The notes below the pieces were generated by a model, which made no database searches, was not told the DNA's origin, and saw only the letters and a program-made list of their open reading frames with translations. The translations under genes and the position numbers were made by a program. Of a stretch of DNA of 50,028 nucleotides, positions 1 through 10,415 are shown piece after piece. Source of the DNA: Mesotaenium endlicherianum (lineage: Eukaryota); NCBI GenBank assembly GCA_009602735.1, contig WELA01003517.1, positions 418,028 to 468,055 of the forward strand, given 5' to 3'. The first letter of the stretch is position 1; every line of letters starts with the position of its first letter.

Positions 1-1
1 A

Positions 2-136
2 GATGTCATGAAATATCTGGTCAGCTGGAAGGGCTACGATGCCTCTGGGGACACCTGGGAATCTAAGGACCATTTGCCCTATGCCAAAGGGGTGTTGAAA
101 CGGTTTTACCTTCGGGAGGCTGGGACACCTCCTTAA
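2..136 (+). pseudogene. C-terminal chromodomain of a chromovirus (Ty3/gypsy) integrase, 5'-truncated by the window edge
   Basis: Frame 2 reads DVMKYLVSWKGYDASGDTWESKDHL...*, matching the YLVxWKGY...TWE chromodomain motif. A purine tract TAAGTTGGAGGGAAA follows at 186-200. Confidence 0.8.
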
Positions 137-556
137 CTGTCACTTCAATTGACATGGGAAGGTGACAGGAGGTCCTGTCTCCATTTAAGTTGGAGGGAAA
201 CTGTGGCCAAACGTGGCCTAAAGTGACAAATGGTGACAGAAAGTGACACTAGTTGACAGGGAGTGACAGTTGTGACACGCAGTCCAATGACAGTTGAAAC
301 AGGCAACCCACCTAAACATTAAGTTGGAGGGAGTGGAATAAACATCTCGGAAAATAGCCGATTGCCGATTACCTTCGCATATCCATTCTCCACACTCAAT
401 CGCGCTCACACTCACTTCTCTCTCAAGCACACTCGCACTTTCAATTTACTTACACCAGGTATTGAAGGCTCTAACTCCCTCTACTATGTTCTTCCCTGTC
501 AAGGTACTCAATCCTGTGCATGATATCATGACTACACTAACTCCATTGTGGTATGA

Positions 557-1507
557 ATGAGCAGGATGACTCAATTGTCTGAACTCAAGAGGAAAAGAAG
601 GGCGGACGAGTCGCAGGCGGAGTACAAAGAGTTCCATAGCGACATCTCTTCCATCTCTTCTCGAGAACCAGAGCGACTCCGATTACAGTGGGAGGCTCAG
701 AAGAGGAAGGAGGAGAAAGAATTGGCCAGGCTGAGATAGGAGAAGCTGGACAAGAAAGTTGCAGAGGAATCCAAGAAGGCCGAGAAACAAAGGTTGGCTG
801 AGGAGAAGCGGAAGCAGCAGGCTGAGGAGGAACAGAGGAAAAATCAAAAGCTACCGCTACACTGTGATGGGCAAGAGCTTTGATCTCTTGGAGGAAGCCT
901 TCAAGTACGCCCAAAGAAGCCGAATTAAGTCATAGAGGGACATAGTGCAACAGGAAGGGGAGATGGCCCAAGGTTTTGACAAGTACATAGAGGTCAGCAC
1001 AGGGCTTCTACTGTACCATGACTATGCCAGGATGGTGGGATAAACGATCCGGGAGGCCAAAGCTGCGAGTTCTTGGCAAGGGAGACCAGCCAGTTGGACT
1101 TCTCAGGCCACTGGTACCCCTGTACTTTGAAGAGGGCGGATCCTACTTTCTTTCTACAGCCCACTGACAAGCGCTGGATGACCATCACTATGAAGGACCA
1201 GCAGAATGACAGAGCTGAGGAAGACGACTTCTTGGCAGATTTGCAGGGGAAGATAGTGCTGCCACCTCACATTGCAGCGTGGGACCCAAGGCTGGATGGA
1301 GTCAGGGACTGCATGAGCCAGGAGACACAGGAGGATAGGACCAGGGCTAGAGATTCCTTTTCTAAGGGGAAACATGCTTACGCCAAGTGGGCAAGTAAGC
1401 AAGGGGAGAAAGACCTGTATGCGGTCAAGACCCAGCAACCCCCACCTGCACCCAAAAGGGGGAGGTTAGTGGCACATTCCTTTTCTCTAGAACGGTTGGA
1501 GGTGTAA
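557..1507 (+). pseudogene. Degenerate charged/coiled-coil ORF of unknown function, probably a retroelement accessory ORF
   Basis: ORFs 557-739 and 1073-1507 can be joined through in-frame stops and frameshifts into one E/K/R-rich reading. It lies between a chromodomain and an LTR. Confidence 0.4.
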
Positions 1508-2224
1508 TGAATCAATATATTAGTAAATATAATATTCATTTGAATATAATCATTAATCATGTTCAGCCTGCTGAACTATAGTTAAATAATAAGTTTGCTG
1601 GACTTTATATTTAATAGCAGTTTAATGACTCAGCCGGAAGCAGCAGGCTGAAGTCAACTTAAGTCAGCTTGCTGACACATTATTTGACAGCCAGCTGACT
1701 TCCGTACTTGGTATCAGCGAACTGCCTCGATATACTTCTAAGTGTGATATGCTAGATGAATGGCCAGATGACATCCCTATGATGGATGGCGATTCGGGAC
1801 GATGGGAGATGGCGGTGGATTTGGTTAACCGAGGTCCTACCAACGTGGTTAAGTCCCGGGTAGGCGGTGCCATCGCACTGGCCGTTGAACAGTAAACTCA
1901 TTCCATGTACATATGCTAGGCATTGCTCTCGAGTTCGGCATTCGGAAACGAGGCCAACTCTCTTGTACAGCTTACTGAGAGAGATCTGAATCCAAGGCGA
2001 GAAGCCATTGACACGCACAGTCTTCTAACCTTGCTTATGTATGAGTTTTACTGATTGCATTATTGATGCTAGTTTACTCGCATTTGACTTACGAGTGTTC
2101 TTCCCTCCTAGTGTGTTGTCCTTTTGCCGTTTAACCTGTTAACGGAAAATCTATAAAGATTACTTGCTGATAAAAAGATATTTATTAATTGTTAATCGCC
2201 TATTTGGTAAGTCGATTCATTTCA
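1503..2224 (+). repeat. LTR family A copy (5' LTR of the outer element)
   Basis: TG...CA termini, similar over its full length to 14012-14730, and followed by a PBS. Confidence 0.92.
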
Positions 2225-2225
2225 G

Positions 2226-2237
2226 CGGTATCGGAGC
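2226..2237 (+). promoter_or_regulatory. Primer binding site (tRNA-iMet type, degenerate)
   Basis: CGGTATCGGAGC lies 1 nt after the LTR end; the canonical iMet PBS is TGGTATCAGAGC. Confidence 0.8.
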
Positions 2238-2381
2238 AGTTATCACAGTCTTCTTTGTATGGTAAGGACAAGGTCTCAAACTAGCAACTCCCGCACCCGA
2301 GACATGGAGTACTAGGATAACAAGAATGTCAAAAACCAGGCAGAGAGCCATGTAGCGGGAACCCGTACCTATTCTGAAGCA

Positions 2382-3512
2382 GTGGCAGATACTGTAGCTA
2401 GAGAGGCTGCAGATGAGGCAGCTGCTATTGCTGTAGTCGCAGCACAGCAAGCTGAGGAGCAGAGAGCCAGGCTAGAAGCTGAACAATTAGCAAAGGCTGC
2501 TGTAGATACAGAAAGGAGGGAAGGACAGCCCGCTGACGAGCGCACGGTTGAAGAACTTATGGCATCCAGGGCCAATGTCCTGAACCCACCTCCTGCTGTA
2601 CAACTCAATGTACCCCTAGGTCAAATACGTGACCGGCTGAATGCGGCAGGAATTGCTACTGCAGGAGCGAGAGGGACTGTTGAGGAAACTACTCAACGAG
2701 TGGATGCCAATGCTGCTGCTGCAACTGCTAGACTACCACCCCAGAGTGTAGACTTAGGAGCATTGTTCGTTCAAATGCAGTCGCAAATGGCGACCATGTA
2801 TCAGTCCCAACAGGAGGACAAAAGAATCATAATGTCCCTACTGCGGGACAAAGACCAACTGGGGTCTCAAACCACTGGTGGTGGTGGCAGAGGGCCTAGT
2901 AAGCCCAAGCCAAAACCTCCCCAGGACTATGGTCTTGAGGGAAACAGAAAATATTACCCAATCAAGTTTCTTGCGGATGTTGAGCAGTGGCTGGAGAACT
3001 ACCCAGAACTGCAAGATCACGAGAAGGTCAGGCACACCGGTGCGCTACTGAAAGGCAGTGCCGCAGACTGGTGGCTTTACTGGAAAGGAGAGCGTAAGGC
3101 TCGGCAACTCGGTGACCCTACGTGGGTAGAGTTTGTCGAGAAGTTGCATGAGAAGTTTGATGTCATCAACCAGCAGCAGTTTAATCACAGGCGCCAGAGT
3201 AATGCTTTGGTGTCTAAGGTTGTCAAAAAGCCCCACGGTTCCTACAATGCAATTGAAGGAGACCAGGCTGAGGATGATCAGGGTGATGGATATGAGTATG
3301 AGTATAATGCCATACAGTCTAGAGGTAGAGGTGGTTTCTCTCGAGGCGGCCATGGAAGAGGTGGTGGTAGGACTAAGCCGAGACCAACCTCAGCAAAATC
3401 CACTTTCTACCATTGTCAGCAGTTGGGTCACTACAGAGAACAGTGTCCAGTCAAGCACCTTCCGAAGGTCGAGAGAAAAGACCAGCCTTTAAAAGACAGC
3501 AACAGTCAGTAA
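2382..3512 (+). pseudogene. gag: Gag of the outer element (probably internally deleted, zinc knuckle mutated)
   Basis: Retrotransposon gag motifs LKGSAADWW and TWVEFVEKLHEKF, an RGG stretch, and a degenerate knuckle FYHCQQLGHYREQC with the first Cys lost. Confidence 0.85.
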
Positions 3513-3720
3513 TCCAGTCCACTGACTGTGAGGATGCTAGAGATAGTGAGTCGTCACTAGCTGCCCTCGTAGCAGGTATTATGGGTCTTGCTGAACTGGA
3601 TTCACTATGCATGCCTGACAACCAGATAAAGGAGACCGTCAGCAATATAGACACCCAGAGAGTGCACACTTCGGATGCTCTTGTTCCACCTGATATCCAA
3701 CATTTCTTTGCTAAGTCAGG
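3489..3720 (+). pseudogene. pol: N-terminal piece of the outer-element pol (-1 frame relative to gag), cut by the nested insertion
   Basis: Removing the nested element and one TSD copy joins ...FFAKSG to EQCQSQEKTVPPILLHCVIAGRKVRAFVDGGAS in frame. Confidence 0.8.
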
Positions 3721-4224
3721 TGTAGTGATTTGAGTTATTATATATTAGTATGCATATATTTTAATGTTTTCAATATATATTTGGAGTGGTATTGTGTGGA
3801 GTCAAGTGTGAATAGGTACTCTAGTAACTTGGTTCATGTCCTTTGAACCTTCCAAGGCATTTTCGAAGTTAGAGGAAAGACCTAGAAGAACTCCATGTGG
3901 CAAAAGTCAGATGTGCCATTTTTAGGTCAAAAGGACATGTGTACATTATTCTAGAAAGAGGTGGCAAGTTTTGGGATGTGTTGGGTGCCAACACATCAAC
4001 ATACACCTTCCTAGAAATTACTTATGTAGCAAGTATATAAACAAGAGCTAGAACATAGAAAGACATTCCAGAATCACTCTTGTACTTGCCAAAATCCAGA
4101 AATATATTAACTTTCAAGAAGCCATCTCTCTTTCAAGAAGCTACCACTTGTGTTCAAAGATCCTTGTCTTGAATAGATAAAGTATTCTGTTTTACTAAGT
4201 ACTTTATCTATCTGTTTCACTACA
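3721..4224 (+). repeat. 5' LTR (family B)
   Basis: 8-bp terminal inverted repeat; direct repeat of 9899-10410; TATA-like TATATAAA near 4034. Confidence 0.97.
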
Positions 4225-4225
4225 G

Positions 4226-4237
4226 TGGTATCGGAGC
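4226..4237 (+). promoter_or_regulatory. Primer binding site (tRNA-iMet type)
   Basis: TGGTATCGGAGC lies 1 nt after the LTR, with one difference from canonical TGGTATCAGAGC. Confidence 0.9.
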
Positions 4238-4261
4238 TAGGCACTTTGGTAGCACAAGAAG

Positions 4262-5542
4262 ATGGCCGATCCTCAAGACCAACAGCAAGCTTTCGAAGGA
4301 AGCCCTTCCTCTCCAAGACACCCTCCTCCAGCGCCGATGGGAGAGCCCACTCAAGAAAATCTGCAACAACAAGAAGCACCACAAGGAGGAGCACACCCTC
4401 CTCCAGCGTCGATGGGAGAGCCTACTCAAGGAAATCTGCAACAACAAGAAGCACCACAAGGAGGAGCACCGTCAAATCCCGTGGCAGCCGCTATAGCAAA
4501 GTTGACCCCACCACAAGGAGTTCCCGCAAATGAGTGGGCAGCCTTCCTAATGACCGTCCACAACCAAGTGGGCTTGGCCACCTATGAAGCAACCGTGCAA
4601 GCGTCAAGAGAAGCTATGGCTGCCATGGTTGCCCCTATTGCGAGCAATGCTCAAAATCCAGCCCCGGCTCAAGCGCCTCCACAAGAGCCAACGAGAGCAA
4701 GGAAACTCATCAAGCCCGGCAAACCCGACACTTTCAACCCCGGGAAAGGTGCCAACCTGAATTTATGGCTCTACCAAGTGGAGACGTACCTCGCGTTCCT
4801 TGAAGTACCCGAGGAGGACTACGTTCCCTTTGCCGTTACCTTACTTAGAGGAGCAGCAACATCATGGTGGCGTAACTATCAAGCGGCTATATATCAAGCT
4901 ATGGCGCACCCCATGCTCGGCCAAGAGCCCCCACCATCATATGCAAGATGGGCAGATTTTCGTGAGGCCCTCAAGAAGCAATTCATGCCCATCAATGCGG
5001 AGAAGATTGCCCGAGGAAAGCTCCACCATCTCAAGCAAACGACGTCCGTTCAAGAGTATACATCCAGATTTCACGCCCTCACTCTTGAGATCCCCAACAT
5101 GTCTCTCGAGGAGAAGATTGACCGTTACATCTTTGGCCTCAAACCCAAGGTGGCAAAGGAAGTGGAGTTACGCGACTTGACGGACTTCTCAAAGATCATT
5201 GAAGTGGCCCAAAAGGTGGATACCTTGGATTTCAAGCACTCCGTGCCTTCATCTTCACGGGTACCGACGACGCGGGTGTACGCAGCCCCTTCCACATCCG
5301 AATCTGGACCCACACCCATGGAAATCGGAGTTATTAAAAGGGACCCCGCGGCTGCCCGGAAGAGTGGAAGACCCTCCAATGACACTTATGATGCAAGAAA
5401 CCAGCAAGGAGTGAAAGCAAGACTCTCCCCGGCTGAAAAAGAAGCTCTCATGACGGCTGGACTATGCTTCTATTGCAAGGAAAAGGGCCATCGTGCACTT
5501 TCATGCCCCAAAAAGTTGTCAAAAAACGGACAGCGCCGGTAG
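4262..5542 (+). CDS. gag: Gag polyprotein with CCHC zinc knuckle
   Basis: 426-aa ORF with [27 protein letters not shown] and [14 protein letters not shown]. Confidence 0.96.
   Translation: MADPQDQQQAFEGSPSSPRHPPPAPMGEPTQENLQQQEAPQGGAHPPPASMGEPTQGNLQQQEAPQGGAPSNPVAAAIAKLTPPQGVPANEWAAFLMTVHNQVGLATYEATVQASREAMAAMVAPIASNAQNPAPAQAPPQEPTRARKLIKPGKPDTFNPGKGANLNLWLYQVETYLAFLEVPEEDYVPFAVTLLRGAATSWWRNYQAAIYQAMAHPMLGQEPPPSYARWADFREALKKQFMPINAEKIARGKLHHLKQTTSVQEYTSRFHALTLEIPNMSLEEKIDRYIFGLKPKVAKEVELRDLTDFSKIIEVAQKVDTLDFKHSVPSSSRVPTTRVYAAPSTSESGPTPMEIGVIKRDPAAARKSGRPSNDTYDARNQQGVKARLSPAEKEALMTAGLCFYCKEKGHRALSCPKKLSKNGQRR
4319..4468 (+). repeat. 75-bp tandem duplication in gag (25-aa repeat)
   Basis: HPPPA(P/S)MGEPTQ(E/G)[12 protein letters not shown] occurs twice; units start at 4319 and 4394. 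Confidence 0.95.
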
Positions 5543-8500
5543 GCCAGGAGCCTACCACCCCAAGACCCACTTCACGAGAAGGCAACACGCCAAGTGAGGT
5601 GGAGACCCCCGTTGAAGACGACGTTCCAGCCCCAATGAGTTTGAGAGGTTACCTTGGAGGAGAGAAGGTCCACATCTTGGTGGATAGCGGAGCTCAAGGC
5701 AACTTCATTGCTGCAGATTTTGCCACCAAGCACGGTATTACTATGCGAACTCTTGACCACGACGAGGAGATTATGATGCCCGATGGATTCTCCTATACTA
5801 CCCCTTCCAAGAAGACGTACCCCTTGGCACTCTCTATCAAGTCCTTCAAGGATAGAGTAGTGTTCTCCCCCATGCAATTGGGCAAGTACGACGTCATCCT
5901 AGGGACGCCTTGGTTGACCAAGCACAACCCCCAAGTTGATTGGAGGACCGGTACTATCAAGATCAAGAATGACATCACTTCAAGAATCTGTATTTTGCGC
6001 GCAATCCAGAATATCCAGACCCAAGACATCCAGAAGCCGGCACACGAGATACTATTGTCCGCCCTCCAACTCAAGAGACTTGTGAGGAAGGGACACGAGC
6101 TTCTTTTGGCCTTGATCACGCCAAAAGACATCAAGAAAGACATCGAGAGTCAAGAAGGCAGCCCCGTTCCCAAGGAGATACAAGAAGTCTTTGAGGACTA
6201 CAAAGAAGTGTTCTCCCCGGAATTGCCCAAGGGCCTACCCCCCAAAAGATTCGTAGACCACAAGATAGAGTTGGAGCCCGGAAGCAAGCCCATCTCTCGG
6301 CCTACGTTCAAAATGTCATACACGGAGCTAGACGAAGTCAAGAAGCAAATCAAGGAGCTACTGGAGCATGGCTTCATTCGACCTAGCAAGTCGCCATTTG
6401 GAGCCCCGGTGCTATTTGTCAAGAAGAAAGATGGTACCTTGAGGATGTGTGTGGACTATCGCGCCCTCAACAAGATCACCATCAAGAATCGATACCCGCT
6501 GCCGCGCATGGATGAGCTCATGGACCGGCTGGTTGGAGCCAAGTACTTCACGAAGATTGACTTACGGAGCGGCTACCACCAGATTCGCATCGCAGAACCG
6601 GACATAGAGAAGACGGCATTCAGGACAAGATATGGACATTTTGAGTTCATGGTCCTGCCATTTGGACTCACCAACGCGCCAGCAACTTTCATGACTATGA
6701 TGAACACCATATTTCAGCCCATGTTGGACAGATTTGTGGTGGTATTCATCGATGACATCCTTATCTACAGCAAGACCCTTGAAGAGCATGCGAGACACTT
6801 GAAAGAAGTCCTTGAAGTATTGAAGCAAAACAAGCTGTTTGCGAAGGAGTCAAAATGCGAGTTTGCCAAACAAGAAGTGGAGTTCCTAGGTCTCCACGTG
6901 ACTGCTGATGGCATCAAGATAGACCCCAAGAAGACCACGGTGGTGGAGGAATGGCCAACCCCCACGACCAAGAAAGAACTCCAGTCATTCTTGGGATTTG
7001 CCAATTGGTACAGAAAATTCATCCAAGGCTTCTCGCACATAGCAGCCCCCCTGACAGATCTACTCAAGAAGGACAGGCTATATACATGGACCGAGAAAGA
7101 GGAAGAGGCATTTCAAGAGTTAAAGCGAAGATTGACCACATCCCCGGTGCTCACACTCCCAAGTCCAAACCCAGATTGGCCCTTCCACGTCATCACCGAT
7201 GCATCTTCCTATGCAATAGGAGCAATCCTGCTTCAAGACCAAGGCAAGGGACTGCAGCCCATCGCCTACGAGTCAAGGAAGCTAAATCCAGCCGAGCAAA
7301 ATTATACAACCACGGAGCGAGAGGCATTGGCGATTGTACATGCCTTGAAGGTTTGGCGCTGCTACGTTGAAGGACGCAAAGTACTGGTCACCACGGACCA
7401 CGAGGCGTTAAAGCACCTCCAGACGCAGCCGTATCTCTCAAGGAGACAAGCAAGATGGAGCGGATACTTGCAACAATACAACATCACGATTCAGTACCAG
7501 CCCGGCAAGACAAACCCGGCTGACCCCCTCTCAAGACTGCAATTAAATGCAGTGATGGTATCCCTGAAGACAGATCTGGAAGCTCGATTTTCAGCCGCCT
7601 ATGAAAGAGACCCTTACTACAAGAACGGAGAAGCAGCCTTGGACCCATGCAAGAAGCAAGAAGGCAATTATTGGGTGAGGCAAGATACGGGCCAGAGATG
7701 TGTTCCTAATGACTTAGACCTCCGGCTCTTGCTTCTACGAGAAGCACACGACAACCCTCTTGGAGGACACTTTGGAATCCTAAGGACCACGGGCGTTCTA
7801 GCTAGGACTTATTGTTGGCCAGGCATGTCTAAGCAAGTCAAGGAGTACTGCAGGAGCTGTGACACATGCCAAAGAATCAAGCCATCATCGCAAAAGGCGG
7901 GAGGACTCCTCCAACCACTACCAATCCCCGAAAGACAATGGACGGACATCTCAATGGACCTTATCGTGGACTTGCCCGTGACACCTCGAGGCCATAATGC
8001 AATACTCACGGTGGTGGACAGACTTACCAAGATGGCTCATTTTATTCCCACGACGACTAAGGCTACAGCACCACAACTTGCAAGACTCATCTTTGACAAC
8101 ATCTTCCGACTCCATGGACTACCATCAAGAATTGTGTCAGATAGAGATCCAAGATTCACAAGCCATTTCTGGAAAAATCTCTTCAAGAACTTGGGTACAT
8201 CGCTGGATATGTCTACTGCCTACCACCCACAATCAGATGGGCAAACCGAGCGTATGAATCGTACCCTAAAGACCTCTCTAAAGGCCTACGTGTCTACCCT
8301 CGAGCAAGACTGGGACATGTACTTGACCCCCCTCGAGTTTGCCTACAACAACACTACGCAGGCCTCTACCCAAGAGTCCCCATTCTTCCTCAACTATGGC
8401 TTCCATCCGACCACGCCACTGAGCTTCACGGCTGGCCATGATGAAGTACCTGCAGCCACAGATTTTATGGAGACATTAGAAGCAGCCCTTACAGCAGCGA

Positions 8501-9129
8501 AGAAAGCTCTACAACACGCGCAAGATGCTCAAGCAAGAGTGGCGAACAGATCCAGAAGAGAAATTACGTACAGAGTGGGTGACAACGTGTTACTATCATC
8601 CAAGAACATTTCCCTGAACAACAGGCCTGCCGGCAGCAAGTTCTCTCCCAAGTATTTGGGACCCTTCAAGATTATCCAGCAAGTCAACCCCGTTGCTTTC
8701 AAGCTAGAACTTCCCCAGACTATGCACATCGACCCCGTATTCCACGCTTCCCTCTTCAAGCCATATGTGCAACCCGACAACAAGTTCCCAGGACGTGTGA
8801 CAACCCCACCAGCCCCAACAATAGTGGATGATCATTTGGAGTACGAAGTGGAAGACATAGTGGCTATGAGAAATTTCAGGAGACAGCAGCAATACTTGAT
8901 CAAGTGGAAAGGATATCCAGATTCGGAGAATAGTTGGGTGGCGGCGCACTACCTTGACAAAGTTCAACGAAAGTTGAAGCGCTTCCATACCGCCAACCCC
9001 CATCTTGGACCAGCCCCAAGTCTCTCTACTAGAAGCCCGGAGACTTCAGGGAGGCAGCCTGCCACCATCAAGAAGCAGCAGAAGACCCCTTGGAGGCAGC
9101 CTGCAAGAACCACAAAGAGGAAAAAATGA
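5464..9129 (+). CDS. pol: Pol polyprotein (protease-RT-RNase H-integrase-chromodomain), probably expressed by -1 frameshift near 5521
   Basis: Protease LVDSGA; RT VFIDDIL; RNase H TDAS; integrase [20 protein letters not shown] and GPF; chromodomain YEVEDI...YLIKWKGY...NSW. Confidence 0.97.
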   Translation: MLLLQGKGPSCTFMPQKVVKKRTAPVGQEPTTPRPTSREGNTPSEVETPVEDDVPAPMSLRGYLGGEKVHILVDSGAQGNFIAADFATKHGITMRTLDHDEEIMMPDGFSYTTPSKKTYPLALSIKSFKDRVVFSPMQLGKYDVILGTPWLTKHNPQVDWRTGTIKIKNDITSRICILRAIQNIQTQDIQKPAHEILLSALQLKRLVRKGHELLLALITPKDIKKDIESQEGSPVPKEIQEVFEDYKEVFSPELPKGLPPKRFVDHKIELEPGSKPISRPTFKMSYTELDEVKKQIKELLEHGFIRPSKSPFGAPVLFVKKKDGTLRMCVDYRALNKITIKNRYPLPRMDELMDRLVGAKYFTKIDLRSGYHQIRIAEPDIEKTAFRTRYGHFEFMVLPFGLTNAPATFMTMMNTIFQPMLDRFVVVFIDDILIYSKTLEEHARHLKEVLEVLKQNKLFAKESKCEFAKQEVEFLGLHVTADGIKIDPKKTTVVEEWPTPTTKKELQSFLGFANWYRKFIQGFSHIAAPLTDLLKKDRLYTWTEKEEEAFQELKRRLTTSPVLTLPSPNPDWPFHVITDASSYAIGAILLQDQGKGLQPIAYESRKLNPAEQNYTTTEREALAIVHALKVWRCYVEGRKVLVTTDHEALKHLQTQPYLSRRQARWSGYLQQYNITIQYQPGKTNPADPLSRLQLNAVMVSLKTDLEARFSAAYERDPYYKNGEAALDPCKKQEGNYWVRQDTGQRCVPNDLDLRLLLLREAHDNPLGGHFGILRTTGVLARTYCWPGMSKQVKEYCRSCDTCQRIKPSSQKAGGLLQPLPIPERQWTDISMDLIVDLPVTPRGHNAILTVVDRLTKMAHFIPTTTKATAPQLARLIFDNIFRLHGLPSRIVSDRDPRFTSHFWKNLFKNLGTSLDMSTAYHPQSDGQTERMNRTLKTSLKAYVSTLEQDWDMYLTPLEFAYNNTTQASTQESPFFLNYGFHPTTPLSFTAGHDEVPAATDFMETLEAALTAAKKALQHAQDAQARVANRSRREITYRVGDNVLLSSKNISLNNRPAGSKFSPKYLGPFKIIQQVNPVAFKLELPQTMHIDPVFHASLFKPYVQPDNKFPGRVTTPPAPTIVDDHLEYEVEDIVAMRNFRRQQQYLIKWKGYPDSENSWVAAHYLDKVQRKLKRFHTANPHLGPAPSLSTRSPETSGRQPATIKKQQKTPWRQPARTTKRKK

Positions 9130-9742
9130 CATTAGACACTTTTCTCTTCTTGCCGTTTCTGCACAGAAAACTAAAACTGCTACTGGCAATAGGTCTCTTC
9201 ATAATAAATTCTGAAAATTTACCTGGATGTAGTCCATGAGTAGCCGGTCATTTAGAGTCCAAGTTTGCTCAATTTGGAGCACTGGTGAGAGAGATATGAT
9301 GCTCTAAGTAGAAGGGGGTCAGGCTGCTGGCATTGTTAGGGCAGAATATGCCTTCTGACATTGTGCCCTCCCCTGAACTTGGAATGCTCTGAAACTCAAG
9401 ACTCTGGTAGAACATCTTACAGCGCCCAGTTTGAGACTTAGTTTGCAGAATTTGGAGAAGTATAGAAGGACTTATGATTTTCAGAAGTTTCTGCACAGAT
9501 TTGGAGGAGTGCCTACTCTCTCAGCTCTCAACGACACTCCAGAAATGAGAATGCTCTCAAATTTGGTGACCCGGTAGAGTTCTCCGACGCGGTCCGTCTG
9601 GCATTCGAATTTTCAGATTTGGAGCAGTTCTGTGGCCGCTATGAATTTTTGAGTTCGTGGCAGATTCTAAGCCAACTTGTACAATTTTCTTTATCATTAA
9701 GGAGTAGGCTAGCCAATAAGGTCACACCACCTTCGACCTTGC

Positions 9743-9862
9743 CTAGTCTACCTTACATGTGTAGCACCTGACTTGGCGCCTTCAACTAGTCCTCTTCACA
9801 TGTGTGGCATCTGACTTGAAATCGTTGACTAGTTTGCTCCACATGTGTAAGACCTGACTTGA
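9743..9862 (+). repeat. Three 43-bp imperfect tandem repeats in the 3' UTR of the nested element
   Basis: CTAGT recurs at 9743, 9786 and 9829, each followed by ACATGTGT...CTGACTTG. Confidence 0.85.
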
Positions 9863-9898
9863 CGCGCCGAGACGTCGCTTTTTCTATCGGGGGGGTGA

Positions 9899-10410
9899 TG
9901 TAGTGATTTGAGTTATTATATATTAGTTCGCATATATTTTAATGTTTTCAAATATATTTGGAGTAGTATTGTGTGGAGTCAAGTGTGAATAGGTACTCTA
10001 GTAACTTGGTTCATGTCCTTTGAACCTTCCAAGGCATTTTCGAAGTTAGAGGAAAGACCTAGAAGAACTCCATGTGGCAAAAGTCAAATGTGCCATTTTT
10101 AGGTCAAAAGGACATGTGTACATTATTCTAGAAAGAGGTGGCAAGTTTTGGGATGTGTTGGGTGCCAACACATCAACATACACCTTCCTAGAAATTACTT
10201 ATGTAGCAAGTATATAAACAAGAGCTAGAACATAGAAAGACATGGGAGAATCACTCTTGTACTTGCCAAAATCCAGAAATATATTAACTTTCAAGAAGCC
10301 ATCTTTCTTTCAAGAAGCTACCACTTGTGTTCAAAGATCCTTGTCTTGAATAGATAAAGTATTCTGTTTTACTAAGTACTTTANGTAATTTATCTATCTG
10401 TTTCACTACA
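9899..10410 (+). repeat. 3' LTR (family B), preceded by G-rich PPT at 9889-9898
   Basis: Direct repeat of 3721-4224, followed by TSD TCAGG. Confidence 0.97.
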
Positions 10411-10415
10411 TCAGG

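Larger units (their letters stand above)
3721..10410 (+). mobile_element. Intact young chromovirus-type Ty3/gypsy LTR retrotransposon (LTR family B)
   Basis: Near-identical LTRs at 3721-4224 and 9899-10410 with TGTAGTGA...TCACTACA ends. Perfect TSD TCAGG at 3716-3720 and 10411-10415. PBS, PPT, and uninterrupted gag and pol. Confidence 0.98.

Noticed and set aside
1630..1651. CCGGAAGCAGCA resembling SRP RNA domain IV
   Set aside because: Too short, lacks the symmetric internal loop, and the loop varies between copies.
1944..1985. Hammerhead ribozyme in the LTR (GAAAC...CTGAGAGA)
   Set aside because: CTGAGAG does not fit CUGANGA, and stem III lacks the required GUH. Not a canonical retrozyme.
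1664..2018. Small ORFs recurring in LTR copies (MAPPTR..., MR(V/I)NGFS...)
   Set aside because: Recurrence follows from LTR sequence similarity; stops and indels in other copies break the frames.
9743..9862. CRISPR-like repeat/spacer pattern
   Set aside because: Only three imperfect units with very short variable parts, inside a eukaryotic retrotransposon, with no cas genes.
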